This document shows, in pieces, positions 47,315-58,605 of a stretch of DNA of 64,000 bases. A model generated the notes under the pieces. It had not been told where the DNA came from, did not search any database, and saw only the letters and a program-made list of their open reading frames with translations. Origin of the DNA: Bacteroidales bacterium (lineage in GTDB: Bacteria; Bacteroidota; Bacteroidia; Bacteroidales; UBA3824); contig JAKSUC010000006.1 in NCBI GenBank assembly GCA_024413595.1, forward strand, positions 2,339 to 66,338, given 5' to 3'. Position numbers and translations under genes: made by a program. Numbering within the stretch: the first letter of the stretch is position 1; the number at the start of each line of letters is the position of its first letter.

Positions 47315-47342
47315 TAAATTTAAAAAAAAATATAATATAAAT

Positions 47343-47963
47343 ATGAATAGGCTTATATTGTTTTTATTATTTTTTTTAAGTGTAAACTTATTATATGGAC
47401 AACATATATTAACACCAGAAGAATTGAAAGATTCAGCACGAGTAAAAAATGCAGAAGTAGTTCAGATGGTAGTTGAAGCACCCGATACAATCTTAATAAA
47501 AAATTTACGTCCTGTATTGGTTATGCCTCCATATAAATTTAAGAGTAAACGACAAGAAATGACTTATTCAAAATTATTATATAATGTTAGAAAAGTTTAT
47601 CCTTATTCCAAAATCGTAAAACGAGTATATGCAGAAATAGAAGATAGTTTATCAAAAATAACAAATGAAGATCAACGAAAAGTATATATAAAAGCAAAAG
47701 AAAAAGAATTGCGAGGTCAGTTTGAAAATGAGTTGATACATTTAACCATAACCCAAGGCAAAATTTTGATAAAATTAGTAGATCGCGAAACTGGTAATAC
47801 CACTTACCAAGTGATTCAAGAACTAAAAGGTGGATTTAGTGCATTTATTTGGCAAGGAGTAGCACGTCTTTTTGGTTCTAATTTAAAATCAGAATATGAT
47901 GCAGATGAAGAAGATAAAATGATAGAAGATATAATATTGCGTATAGAAAACGGATTATTATGA
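47343..47963 (+). CDS. DUF4294-like secreted protein
   Basis: The start MNRLILFLLFFLSVNLLYGQ is a signal peptide. LTITQGKILIKLVDRETGNTTYQVIQELKGGFSAFIWQGVARLFGSNLK matches my recollection of DUF4294. Confidence 0.6.
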   Translation: MNRLILFLLFFLSVNLLYGQHILTPEELKDSARVKNAEVVQMVVEAPDTILIKNLRPVLVMPPYKFKSKRQEMTYSKLLYNVRKVYPYSKIVKRVYAEIEDSLSKITNEDQRKVYIKAKEKELRGQFENELIHLTITQGKILIKLVDRETGNTTYQVIQELKGGFSAFIWQGVARLFGSNLKSEYDADEEDKMIEDIILRIENGLL

Positions 47964-47978
47964 AATAAAAAATATAAA

Positions 47979-48566
47979 ATGTACGAATATATAATAGGAC
48001 AATTAATAGAATTAACGCCATCTTATATAATTGTAGAAAACAATGGTATAGGTTGGTATATAAATATTTCACTAAATACATATTCTCAACTTGAAGGACA
48101 AAAAGATTGTAAAATATATCTACATCAAGTTATAAGAGAAGATGCAAATATATTATTTGGATTTTTTGAAAAATCAGAACGGGAAATATTTCGCATGTTG
48201 ATTGAGGTTTCAGGCGTAGGACCAAATACTGCAAGAGTAATTTTGTCGTCGATGAGTCCTCAAGAATTACAAGAAGCAATTTCGCGCGAAGATTCAAAAC
48301 TAATAAGTAAAGTTAAAGGAATAGGACCAAAAACTGCGCAAAGAATTGTAATTGATTTAAAAGATAAAATAGCAAAAGCTGAACTTGGTGATTTACCAAA
48401 TTCAATTTCTTTAGGAGTTAATGCTTATAAAGAAGAAGCCATTTCAGCTTTAATGATTTTGGGCTATCAAAAAGCTTTAGCAGAAAAAGCAATAGATTCT
48501 GCATTAAAAGTTAATCCTTCTTTATCAACCGAAGAATTAATAAAAATAGCACTAAAAAGTGTATAG
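47979..48566 (+). CDS. ruvA: Holliday junction branch migration complex subunit RuvA
   Basis: 195 aa with MYEYIIGQL...GIGWYINIS and HhH motifs VSGVGPNTARVILS and KVKGIGPKTAQRI. Confidence 0.93.
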   Translation: MYEYIIGQLIELTPSYIIVENNGIGWYINISLNTYSQLEGQKDCKIYLHQVIREDANILFGFFEKSEREIFRMLIEVSGVGPNTARVILSSMSPQELQEAISREDSKLISKVKGIGPKTAQRIVIDLKDKIAKAELGDLPNSISLGVNAYKEEAISALMILGYQKALAEKAIDSALKVNPSLSTEELIKIALKSV

Positions 48567-48599
48567 AAAATATATTGAATAACGCTAAAATATAATAGT

Positions 48600-51500
48600 G
48601 TGAAACACTTATCAAAAACCCTCGGATTTGCAGGTGCAATAACATTGATAGTTGCCTCAATATTTACATCGAGAGCAACAAATTTTGATTTTAATCAAAT
48701 AAATAATCATAATAAAGATTATTTTGAAAAACCAACAATTGATGGTGATACAGATCGTTTGTCTAAAAGAGAAAGACGAAATTCTCCAATTCAATTAAAA
48801 CAACCATCAAATTTAACAACAGAAACCGAATATGATTATAAAACAGGAAATTATACACAACAAAACAAAATTGGAGATTTAGATAATGGACATCCCCAAT
48901 CTATATCACAGCATGATTATGATAGTACAGAAAATAAATCAGAAATACGTCAATATTGGCGACAACAAATGATGATACAAAGTGCTCATAATGAGTCTGA
49001 TCGTAGAACAGGTTTGGAACGATATTTAAATCCACGTATTAATGTTGACATAAAAGGTTTTGATCGAATATTTGGAACAAATGTTATTGATATAAAACCA
49101 CAAGGAAATGTTATGGTAACTTGTGGCGTTGATATTTCAAAAATCGACAATTTTACCCTTCCTAAAAAACAAAGAAATGATGTTTCTTTTGATTTTGACA
49201 TGAATATGCAGGTTGGAGTAACAGGAACAATTGGCGATAAAATGAAAATCGGTATAAATTATAATACCGAAGCTACATTTGAATTCGAAAACAAACAAAA
49301 CATAGAATATTTAGGACATGACGATGAAATAATTCAAAGAATAGAATTTGGAAATGTTTCTATGCCATTAGAAGGAACTTTAATTCAAGGAAGTTCAACA
49401 CTATTTGGAGTAAAAACCGATTTAAAATTTGGAAAATTAACAGCAACAGCCGTTTTGTCACAACAAAAAGGTGAAACTAAAACAATTGAAGTAAACAGTG
49501 GAGCAGTTACCAATGAATTTAGTATACAAGCAAGCGATTATGAAGCAAATCGTCACTTTTTCTTAAATCATTTTTTTAGAGATAATTATGAACGTGCATT
49601 AGCAAATTTGCCTTTAATACAATCTGGAATAAATATTACTAATATTGAAGTTTGGGTAACAAATGATAAACTAGCAACTGAAAATACAAGAAATTCAGTA
49701 GCATTTTTAGATTTGGCAGAACCATCGCAGATTTATAACACTTCCGCCGTTCATACAACAGGATCATCATCAGCTTTGCCGTCAAATAACGCAAATAATT
49801 TGTATGCAATATTAACAGGTTCTTATAAAGCAATAAGAGATATCAACTCTGTTACAAGTACATTAAATGGAAGATTTACTACAGGAACAGATTATGAAAA
49901 AATAGGCAATGCACGAAAACTAAATTCAAATGAATATTCCTTTAATTCACAATTAGGTTTTATTTCGTTGAATTCATCGTTGCAAGATGATGAAGTATTG
50001 GCAGTTGCTTACGAATATACATATAAAGGAAAAACATATAAAGTCGGTGAATTTAGTACAGAAGTAAATACTTCACAAACACTTATCTTAAAATTATTAA
50101 GAGGAACAAGTTTTTCACCAGCACTTCCAAATTGGAAATTGATGATGAAAAACGTTTATTCATTAAATGCTTATCAAGTTTCATCAGAAGATTTTCGTTT
50201 ACAAATAAAATATCATAATGATAAAACTGGAACAGAACTTAACTATTTAAATGCTGGTGATATAGATGGAAAATTATTATTAAAAGTATTAAATTTAGAT
50301 AATACAAATTCCCAACTAGAGTCAACACCAGATGGATTATTCGATTTTATAGAAGGAGTAACAATAAATGCCGATAAAGGAAGAATTTATTTACCAGAGC
50401 TAGAACCATTTGGAAGTTATCTCGAAAAGAAAATTAATGACAAAGCCGAAGCATCAAAATATTGTTTTAATCAATTGTATGATAGTACAAAAACTATTGC
50501 TAAACAAAATGCAGAACGAGATAAATTTTATATAGTAGGAAAATATAAATCATCAAGTGGAAGTGAAATTTCGCTCGATGCTATGAATATTCCAGAAGGT
50601 TCTGTAAAAGTAACTTGTGGCGGTTTGCAATTAAAAGAAGGTTCTGATTATGTTGTAGATTATTTATTAGGATCAGTAAAAATATTAAACGAGTCAATTT
50701 TATCGTCAGGAAATAAAATTTTGGTTTCAGTAGAAAGTAATACAACCTTTAGTAGTACCACAAAAACATTACTAGGAACACACCTTAATTATCAGTTTAA
50801 TAAAAACTTTAATATTGGTGGAACAATAATGCGACTATCCGAAAAAACATTAACAAATAAAGTAAATTTTGGAAACGAACCAATAAAAAATACAATTTGG
50901 GGATTAGATGCAAGATACACATTACCAATGCCATATTTAACAAATTGGATTGATAAATTACCATTAATAAGTACCAAAGCTGAGTCAAAACTAAGTTTTG
51001 AAGGAGAATTTGCACAATTAATACCAGGACATAGTAGAAGTATTGACCGAGCAGGAACATGTTATATAGATGATTTTGAAAGTGCACAAACCAAAATTGA
51101 TGTTAAAACTGTATCACAATGGGTTTTAGCATCAACACCAGGAGGAACAAAACGTTTTCCTGAAGCATCTTTAAATAATGACATAAGATACGGATTTAAT
51201 AGAGCAAAATTAGCTTGGTATAATGTATTAAGCGATTTGCAAGGAACAAGTACAAGTAGTTATGGAATAACACCAAGTTATATTACAAAAGATGATCAAA
51301 GTAATCATTATGTAAGAGCCGTTTATGAAAAAGAAATATTCCCTAATGCACAGTCCATAAGTGGAATTTCAACACAATTAACAATTTTAAACTTAGCATA
51401 TTATCCATCAGAACGCGGACCATATAACTATGATGTTGAAGGAACTTCTGGATTTTCAGCTGGAATAAACGAAGATGGAAGTTTAAAAAATCCATCAAGT

Positions 51501-54500
51501 CGTTGGGCAGGTATTATGCGTGAAATGACAACAACCGATTTTGAAGCTTCAAATATTGAGTACATTGAATTTTGGATGATGGACCCATTTATTTATGAAC
51601 AAGAAGATATGGGAGTAGATTTATATTTCAACCTTGGTAATGTTTCGGAAGATGTATTAAAAGACTCACGTAAAAGTTTTGAAAATGGATTACCATTTCC
51701 TGCAGATCCACAATTTATAGATACCACTTCATGGGGGTTGGTTTCAAACAAAACATTTCTAGTAAACGCATTTGATAATACAAATGGAGCAAAAGAAGCA
51801 CAAGATTTAGGTTTTGATGGATTAAAAGATGAAGATGAACGTTCATTTTTTAGTGATTATTTAGATAGAATAGCAAATTTATACGGCACTTCGTCACAAG
51901 CATACGCAGATGCTTATAATGATCCATCAAGTGATAATTATCATTTTTTTAGAGGCTCTGATTATGATGAACAAAAACTTTCGATATTAGACCGATATAA
52001 AAATTATAATGGAACAGAAGGAAACTCTTGTGATTTTGGAAATTCAAGTTATAGTACAATAAAAGATCGTTATCCCGATGTTGAAGATATAAATCTAGAT
52101 AATACATTGAGTGAAACAGAGTCTTATTATCAATATAAAATTCATCTTTCGCCAAACGAGATGCAAGTAGGTCAAAATTATATAACCGATATGATTGAAA
52201 GCAATCCTAAAACAGTAAACGGCGAAACAAGTCCAGTAAAATGGTATCAATTTAAAGTTCCAATTTATGAACCAGATAGCATCGTTGGTTCAATATCAGA
52301 TTTTAAATCAATAAGATTTATGCGTATGTATTTAACCAACGCAGTAAAAGATATTATATTAAGATTTGCAGAAATGGATCTTGTACGTGGCGATTGGCGA
52401 AAATATAATTACGCAATGACAAGTGCTGGTGAAGTTGTAACTGATCATCAATTTGATGATGGATTGCTTGATATATCAACTGTAAGTCTTGAAGAAAATG
52501 GAAGTAAAACACCTGTAAATTATTTACTACCTCCAGGAATTGACCGTGAACGTGATTATCAAACAAATCAAGTTGTTGAAGAAGATGAAAAATCAATGTC
52601 GTTGCACGTAACAAATTTGCCAGATGGTCAATCTGTAGCAGCATACAAAACAGCAGTATTAGATTTACGACAATACAAAAAATTAAAAATGTTTGTTCAC
52701 GAAGAACAACCAGCAGGACAACTACTTAATGATAATGACTTGAGTATTTTTGTTCGTTTAGGTTCAGATTATAAAGAAAATTATTATGAATATGAATTAC
52801 CTTTAAAAGTTACACCAGACGGATATTACGCAGATGATGATAATGGAAGATTGTCAGTTTGGCCTTTAGAAAATAACGTTGAAATAGTATTTTCTGAATT
52901 GCAAGAAGTTAAACTAAGACGAAATAATTTAGCAGGAGAATTTGGTTCAACAGTTTCTATTACAATGCCTTATACTGTTGTTAATGACAATGGAACCAAA
53001 ATAACAGTTATGGGAAATCCAAATATGAGTAACATTAAAACTATAATGATTGGAGTTAGAAACCCATCACAAGAAACAAATGTTTTTGATGATGATGGAT
53101 TGCCAAAAACAGCAGAAATTTGGGTAAATGAACTTAGATTGACAGATTTTAATGAAGATGGAGGTTGGGCAACTAAAGGAAAAGTTGAATTACAAATGGC
53201 AGATTTAGCAAATGTTGCAGTTTCAGGATATATTCATACACCAGGCTTTGGTAGTTTAGAAAAACGTGTTAGTGAACGTTATCAAGAAACTGTTTATCAA
53301 TATGATATAACATCACAATTGCAATTAGGTAAATTTTTTAACAAAGATTATGGAGTTAAAATGCCATTATATTTTGGATATTCAGAAAACTATGAAATAC
53401 CAAGATATAATCCTCTAGATCCAGATATAGAATTATCTGAATTTTTAAATAGTTCAGAACTATCAAAAGCCGAAAAAGATAAAATCCGCGAACAAAGTAT
53501 AACATTTGAACGTCGAAAAAGTTTTAATTTAACTAATGTACGTGTAGAGGGAAGAAGTCAAGAAGCCAAAGATGAGGCTCGTGCTCGAAAAGAAGAAAAA
53601 AACGCAATAAAAAATCCTAATCAGCAAAACACTGATGATAAAAACGATGATAAAGACAAGAAAAAAACAACAAATAAACAAAAACCATTTTATCATGTAT
53701 CTAACTTTACAGCAGGATTTGCATATAGCGAATATTATATGCACGATGTTACAGTAAAATCTCAATTAGAAGAAATTTTACAATCATCGTTGGAATATAA
53801 TTATACTTATAATCCTAAAAATTATAAGCCATTTTCAAAAGTTAAAGTATTGAAAACAATACCATTAATTAAAGATTTTAACTTTTATTTGTTGCCAACT
53901 ATGGTAGCAGTATCAGGAAACATAGATCGTTCATATTCACAAATACATTACCGTAATATAAATGAAGATGATGGATATCTAGATCCATGTTTTCAAAAAG
54001 ATTTTGGTTGGCGAAGAAATTATGAATTAAGATACAAATTGTCCCAAGGTTTGTCGATGAATTTTTCAGCCAACAACGAAAGTAGAGTTAATCCAGATGG
54101 TCAAATAGACCGTTTTGCCGAAGAAACAGCACGTGAAAGAGATACATTGTTTATGAACTTTTTAGATTTAGGATATAATACAAATTATAAACAAACCGTA
54201 AAATTTCAATGGCAAACACCAATCAATAAAATTCCAGGTTTAAAATGGACTTCTGCAAATGCAATTTATAATTCAGATTACGAATGGAATAGAGGAATTG
54301 ACCCAGTAGAAGTTCAAGCAACAGATACAACACCTTCTTATTATATAAATCATGGAAATACTATTTCAAATAATGGTGTTTTAACATTAAATGGTTCATT
54401 AAATTTTGAGTCATTATATCGTAAAATGCCTTATTTCAAGAATGTATTGTCTCGTTTTGGTAATTCTGGACGTAAAAATGCAAGTAAAGAGAAAAAGGAA

Positions 54501-56159
54501 GTTAATTTTTCGAAAGGAAATTTCAGATTTACAAAAGGACGTGAACGAATTATTAGTCATAATTTAGGAACAACAGATGTTGAAGTTGAAGTACTTGATA
54601 TTGACGGACAACCAGTTTCTGGAGATATGGATGTTGTTGATAAAAACAAAATTCGTTTTATTGCAGCTGACGATGTTGTAGGCGCAACAGTAAATGTAAA
54701 AGGCAAAAAAGATGTAAAAGATAGTCCTTTACTTATAGCTTCTGATTATCTAGCTTACACATTAATGAGTGTTCGTAGTGTTTCTGTTACATATAAAAAT
54801 CAACGAGCAAATACATTAACAGGCTATCAACCAGGAACAAAAATTCTAGGTATGGAGAATGCAAATAATATCTTAGCACCAGGATTTGAATATTTAATGT
54901 CACTAAATAATGATCATTTTCATATCACTTCTGCCGAACGTGGTTGGTTGTTGAAAGATAGTACATTGGCAGATCCTGTATTATATACAAAAGGTAATTC
55001 CATAGGCGTTCGTGTTGCACTTGAACCTATAAACACTTTCAGAATAGATGTAAGTTTTGATAGAAGTATAATTTATAATACAGAAGATTTCTTCTCTTAT
55101 GCAAGTGATATTGATGGTTGGCAAACATCAAGCAGAGTAAAACAAGGAAATTATCGCATCAGCTATAATATGTTGAAAACTTCATTCAAGAAAGTGGGTG
55201 ATGATTATTCATTACAAACATACAATAAATTTCTAGAAAGTAGAGAAATAATAGCTCAACGACAAGCCGACCGAAGAATTGGTATTAATAATTATGATCC
55301 AACTCCAGCTGTAGATGATGATGGAAATTTAACATATGGAAATTATCCAAATGGATATAGTGCAACTCATCAAGATGTGTTAATTCCAGCATTTTTATCC
55401 GCATACGCAGGTTCAAAACCTAATAAAATAATGCTTGATCCATTTTTAAAATTTCCTCTTCCTAATTGGAGAATAAATTATAAAGGTTTAGGAAATATTC
55501 CTTTTTTGAAAGATATTGTACGTTCTGCTATGTTGACACATGCTTATACTTCAACATATTCAATATCTAGTTTTAAGAATAATGCAGATTATAGTTTTAG
55601 CGATGAGGAAAATTTGGGTAGAAGTTTTGCTAGATATGAAGCCAATGATTTGTTTATACCACAATACGAAATTGCCTCTGTAACTCTAGAAGAAAAATTT
55701 GCACCTTTAGCAGGAATAGATATTTCTTGGGTAAATTTGATGAGTACAAAATTTGAATATCGTCGTACTCGTCAAATAACATTAGGATTAGCTAATTCTC
55801 AAATTTCAGAAATTTATCGTAAAGAATATATAATTGGATTAGGTTATAAATTTGCACAATTGCCAATTAATATTCGTACATCAAGTGGAAGTAATCGTTT
55901 TAAAAGCGACCTAGATTTACGTATGGATCTTGTTATTGATGACGACAAAACTATTTTGCGTGAAATTGAAAATCTCTATGATCAAATTTCTGCTGGACAA
56001 CGTAGTTTTTCAATTAAATCTACAGCAGATTATCGTTTAAGTCAGCGTTTTAAAGTTCAACTTTATTACAATCATCAAATAACCAATCCTTTAATTTCAA
56101 CAAGTTATAGAACTAGCAATATTAAATTTGGATTTAGTATATCTATGAGTTTAGATTAA
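48600..56159 (+). CDS. sprA: Type IX secretion system translocon / gliding motility protein SprA
   Basis: 2519 aa with a GTG start and a signal/anchor. The giant beta-barrel-type sequence ends in alternating beta strands. The ruvA-sprA synteny is characteristic of Bacteroidota. Confidence 0.9.
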   Translation: MKHLSKTLGFAGAITLIVASIFTSRATNFDFNQINNHNKDYFEKPTIDGDTDRLSKRERRNSPIQLKQPSNLTTETEYDYKTGNYTQQNKIGDLDNGHPQSISQHDYDSTENKSEIRQYWRQQMMIQSAHNESDRRTGLERYLNPRINVDIKGFDRIFGTNVIDIKPQGNVMVTCGVDISKIDNFTLPKKQRNDVSFDFDMNMQVGVTGTIGDKMKIGINYNTEATFEFENKQNIEYLGHDDEIIQRIEFGNVSMPLEGTLIQGSSTLFGVKTDLKFGKLTATAVLSQQKGETKTIEVNSGAVTNEFSIQASDYEANRHFFLNHFFRDNYERALANLPLIQSGINITNIEVWVTNDKLATENTRNSVAFLDLAEPSQIYNTSAVHTTGSSSALPSNNANNLYAILTGSYKAIRDINSVTSTLNGRFTTGTDYEKIGNARKLNSNEYSFNSQLGFISLNSSLQDDEVLAVAYEYTYKGKTYKVGEFSTEVNTSQTLILKLLRGTSFSPALPNWKLMMKNVYSLNAYQVSSEDFRLQIKYHNDKTGTELNYLNAGDIDGKLLLKVLNLDNTNSQLESTPDGLFDFIEGVTINADKGRIYLPELEPFGSYLEKKINDKAEASKYCFNQLYDSTKTIAKQNAERDKFYIVGKYKSSSGSEISLDAMNIPEGSVKVTCGGLQLKEGSDYVVDYLLGSVKILNESILSSGNKILVSVESNTTFSSTTKTLLGTHLNYQFNKNFNIGGTIMRLSEKTLTNKVNFGNEPIKNTIWGLDARYTLPMPYLTNWIDKLPLISTKAESKLSFEGEFAQLIPGHSRSIDRAGTCYIDDFESAQTKIDVKTVSQWVLASTPGGTKRFPEASLNNDIRYGFNRAKLAWYNVLSDLQGTSTSSYGITPSYITKDDQSNHYVRAVYEKEIFPNAQSISGISTQLTILNLAYYPSERGPYNYDVEGTSGFSAGINEDGSLKNPSSRWAGIMREMTTTDFEASNIEYIEFWMMDPFIYEQEDMGVDLYFNLGNVSEDVLKDSRKSFENGLPFPADPQFIDTTSWGLVSNKTFLVNAFDNTNGAKEAQDLGFDGLKDEDERSFFSDYLDRIANLYGTSSQAYADAYNDPSSDNYHFFRGSDYDEQKLSILDRYKNYNGTEGNSCDFGNSSYSTIKDRYPDVEDINLDNTLSETESYYQYKIHLSPNEMQVGQNYITDMIESNPKTVNGETSPVKWYQFKVPIYEPDSIVGSISDFKSIRFMRMYLTNAVKDIILRFAEMDLVRGDWRKYNYAMTSAGEVVTDHQFDDGLLDISTVSLEENGSKTPVNYLLPPGIDRERDYQTNQVVEEDEKSMSLHVTNLPDGQSVAAYKTAVLDLRQYKKLKMFVHEEQPAGQLLNDNDLSIFVRLGSDYKENYYEYELPLKVTPDGYYADDDNGRLSVWPLENNVEIVFSELQEVKLRRNNLAGEFGSTVSITMPYTVVNDNGTKITVMGNPNMSNIKTIMIGVRNPSQETNVFDDDGLPKTAEIWVNELRLTDFNEDGGWATKGKVELQMADLANVAVSGYIHTPGFGSLEKRVSERYQETVYQYDITSQLQLGKFFNKDYGVKMPLYFGYSENYEIPRYNPLDPDIELSEFLNSSELSKAEKDKIREQSITFERRKSFNLTNVRVEGRSQEAKDEARARKEEKNAIKNPNQQNTDDKNDDKDKKKTTNKQKPFYHVSNFTAGFAYSEYYMHDVTVKSQLEEILQSSLEYNYTYNPKNYKPFSKVKVLKTIPLIKDFNFYLLPTMVAVSGNIDRSYSQIHYRNINEDDGYLDPCFQKDFGWRRNYELRYKLSQGLSMNFSANNESRVNPDGQIDRFAEETARERDTLFMNFLDLGYNTNYKQTVKFQWQTPINKIPGLKWTSANAIYNSDYEWNRGIDPVEVQATDTTPSYYINHGNTISNNGVLTLNGSLNFESLYRKMPYFKNVLSRFGNSGRKNASKEKKEVNFSKGNFRFTKGRERIISHNLGTTDVEVEVLDIDGQPVSGDMDVVDKNKIRFIAADDVVGATVNVKGKKDVKDSPLLIASDYLAYTLMSVRSVSVTYKNQRANTLTGYQPGTKILGMENANNILAPGFEYLMSLNNDHFHITSAERGWLLKDSTLADPVLYTKGNSIGVRVALEPINTFRIDVSFDRSIIYNTEDFFSYASDIDGWQTSSRVKQGNYRISYNMLKTSFKKVGDDYSLQTYNKFLESREIIAQRQADRRIGINNYDPTPAVDDDGNLTYGNYPNGYSATHQDVLIPAFLSAYAGSKPNKIMLDPFLKFPLPNWRINYKGLGNIPFLKDIVRSAMLTHAYTSTYSISSFKNNADYSFSDEENLGRSFARYEANDLFIPQYEIASVTLEEKFAPLAGIDISWVNLMSTKFEYRRTRQITLGLANSQISEIYRKEYIIGLGYKFAQLPINIRTSSGSNRFKSDLDLRMDLVIDDDKTILREIENLYDQISAGQRSFSIKSTADYRLSQRFKVQLYYNHQITNPLISTSYRTSNIKFGFSISMSLD

Positions 56160-56177
56160 TAATATTAAAAATTTGTT

Positions 56178-56185
56178 TATTTTTG
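56178..56185 (+). promoter_or_regulatory. -7 box TATTTTTG only 5 nt upstream of the DUF4271 gene ATG
   Basis: Read directly as tgtttatttttgcagtcATG. Confidence 0.35.
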
Positions 56186-56190
56186 CAGTC

Positions 56191-57387
56191 ATGCGAAACA
56201 TATTGTTATTTTTAATTGTTTGGTTTACTGTTGTAAATATAGCAGAGGCTCAATCTTTTAAATCAGAAAAAAATAAGATTAAAAAGATTGATAGTACTTC
56301 TTATCTATATTTAAATCATTTTGATAACAATATTTCAACAAATTTTTATTGGGAAAAAGACATAGTTTTAATAAATAATGAGTCTCAAATTACATGTAAT
56401 AATGAATTAATCGACTCTTTAGAAAAAATATTAACTACAAAATCATCATTATTTAGTTTACCCCAAAATTATATATATACCCCAAATCCAACAACAATGA
56501 CATTTGAAATCAATGGAACTGAATATGAAGTTGGATTAATAATCGACAAAACATCTTTTTATTATCAACAACGAAAAAAAACTAAATTGTCTAAAATTGA
56601 TACTTTAAATATGTTTTTGCCATTTAAAAATTCAAATTTAAACAATTATAATAGAAATAGTTTAGGTATATCAGCTTGGAATATAGAAATAAAACCAACA
56701 GAACCAGAAAGATTTCATATAAATTTACATGATAAAAAAGCAGAAATAGAATATCCATGGATATTGATAATTCCATTAATAATAAGTTTTGTATTAATAT
56801 TATTAACAAATTTTTATGTAGAAGGCTACATTAAGAGATTATTTTTAATTGTTTTTTATCATAATGCGTTTATAAACACAATAAGCGAACGCAATATCAC
56901 AGCAGACAAAGCAGGATTAACCTTGTTTATAAATTATATCATCAATATAGTAGTATTTATTTATATATCAATAACAAGAAATAATATTACATTTCAAATA
57001 CCATTGTGGATTTTATTAATATCAGCATTTATAGGAATATTTTTAATATTTCAAATCAAACATATAGTCTCATTATTATTGAGTAGTTTGTTTCAATGTA
57101 AAGAAATATCAAGACAATATTATTGTAACATATCATTTGTATTACAAATGTTGGGTATATTATTATTACCCATAAATTTTTTAATGTTATATGTAGGTTA
57201 TGAAATTTCGTTAGATATATTATTTAAAATCGGAATATCATTTTGTGTTATCACAGAATTAACAAAAATTTTTCGATTAATAAGAATAATATTAGATAAA
57301 CATTTTTCTATATTTTATTTGTTTTTGTACCTTTGCACCGTCGAAATTTTGCCAGTTTTATTGGCTGTTAAGATTATATCCCATTGA
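56191..57387 (+). CDS. DUF4271-like polytopic membrane protein
   Basis: The start MRNILLFLIVWFTVVNIAEAQ is a signal peptide. It has a soluble N-terminal half and a C-terminal half with about 6 TM segments. Its position directly upstream of hemD matches the DUF4271 neighbourhood as I remember it. Confidence 0.5.
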   Translation: MRNILLFLIVWFTVVNIAEAQSFKSEKNKIKKIDSTSYLYLNHFDNNISTNFYWEKDIVLINNESQITCNNELIDSLEKILTTKSSLFSLPQNYIYTPNPTTMTFEINGTEYEVGLIIDKTSFYYQQRKKTKLSKIDTLNMFLPFKNSNLNNYNRNSLGISAWNIEIKPTEPERFHINLHDKKAEIEYPWILIIPLIISFVLILLTNFYVEGYIKRLFLIVFYHNAFINTISERNITADKAGLTLFINYIINIVVFIYISITRNNITFQIPLWILLISAFIGIFLIFQIKHIVSLLLSSLFQCKEISRQYYCNISFVLQMLGILLLPINFLMLYVGYEISLDILFKIGISFCVITELTKIFRLIRIILDKHFSIFYLFLYLCTVEILPVLLAVKIISH

Positions 57388-57450
57388 TAGTCAATACAAA
57401 ATTTCATAGCAAAGGGATAATAGTGATATTATTTTTAATAAAAAATTATT

Positions 57451-58206
57451 TTGAAGATTACTAATTTACTAATTTCTCAGCCAAAACCGGTAGTCGAAAA
57501 TAACCCATACTTAATAATGGCTGAAAAGTTAAAAGTTAACGTAGAGTTTCGTCAGTTTATTAGTGTTGACGGTGTTAGTTTAAAAGATTTTAGAAGTCAA
57601 CATATTAATTTACCTGATTATACTGCTATTGTATTTACAAGTAAAACCGGTGTAGACAATTTTTTTAGAATTGCTAAAGAAACAAAATATACTGTTCCTG
57701 AAACATTAAAATATTTTTGTTCATCTGAAGCAATTGGTCTTTATTTACAGAAATATATCACTTTCCGTAAAAGAAAGATAAACTTTGGAAATACCAATTT
57801 TACTGAATTGGCAGACTCTTTAAAAAAGAATATTACTGAAAAATTTCTTTTAGTAACAAGTGATGTTAGCACTAACGAAATCCCTAATTTTTTAGAGTCT
57901 ATCGGTATTAAGTTTGATAAAGTTGTTATGTATCAAACTGTAAGTGCTGATTTAAAAGATTTGAAAGAAAATTTTTCTAAATACCAAGTGTTAGTATTTT
58001 TTACTCCAGCTGGTATAAAGAGTTTACACGAAAATTTTCCAGACTTTGTTCAAGGCGACGTTAAAATAGCTGCTTTAGGTCATGCTGCTCAAGAAGCTGT
58101 TGAAAAATATGGTTATCGTTTAGATATCAAAGCTCCTACTGAAGAATTTAAAAGTATGCCTGCTGCTCTTGAACATTTTATTGTTGCTAACAACAAGAAA
58201 AAATAA
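57451..58206 (+). CDS. hemD: Uroporphyrinogen-III synthase (HemD family)
   Basis: 251 aa with a TTG start. It has LISQPKP, AIVFTSKTGVDNFF and VFFTPAGIKSL, the two-lobed HEM4 pattern. Confidence 0.75.
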   Translation: MKITNLLISQPKPVVENNPYLIMAEKLKVNVEFRQFISVDGVSLKDFRSQHINLPDYTAIVFTSKTGVDNFFRIAKETKYTVPETLKYFCSSEAIGLYLQKYITFRKRKINFGNTNFTELADSLKKNITEKFLLVTSDVSTNEIPNFLESIGIKFDKVVMYQTVSADLKDLKENFSKYQVLVFFTPAGIKSLHENFPDFVQGDVKIAALGHAAQEAVEKYGYRLDIKAPTEEFKSMPAALEHFIVANNKKK

Positions 58207-58212
58207 TTTATT

Positions 58213-58605
58213 TTGTTGAAAAATAACGGTTTAAATAAGTCTGACAAATTAAAAAGTATTGTCAGAATTGAAAATATTTTTGATGAGGGAAAATCATTTT
58301 GGGTTTTCCCTTTTTCCGTTTGCTATACCATTAATTCAAAGTACGATACTGATAAATCAAAAATGATGATTTCAGTATCGAAACATTATTTTAAACACGC
58401 TGTAGATCGTAACCGATTAAAACGTCTAACTCGTGAAGCTTTTCGCCTAAAACGCCAAAATATCATTCAATTGGCAAATTCTAAAGGTATATTTTTTAGT
58501 ATAGCTTTTATTTATAAATGTCGTCAAGTTTGTGATTTTAATACTATTTCAAAAGCTATGGATGAAATTATGAATAGAATGGGAGAGATAATTAGTTTAA
58601 GTTAA
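58213..58605 (+). CDS. rnpA: Ribonuclease P protein component
   Basis: 130 aa with a TTG start. It has the basic RNR motif VSKHYFKHAVDRNRLKRLTREAFR. Confidence 0.85.
   Translation: MLKNNGLNKSDKLKSIVRIENIFDEGKSFWVFPFSVCYTINSKYDTDKSKMMISVSKHYFKHAVDRNRLKRLTREAFRLKRQNIIQLANSKGIFFSIAFIYKCRQVCDFNTISKAMDEIMNRMGEIISLS

Noticed and set aside
53560-53700. K/D/N-rich low-complexity insertion in SprA (EARARKEEKNAIKNPNQQNTDDKNDDKDKKKTTNKQK), considered as a possible foreign insertion or frameshift scar
   Set aside because: It is in frame with no stops, and both flanks continue the SprA sequence. It looks like a disordered surface loop, which such giant barrels tolerate.
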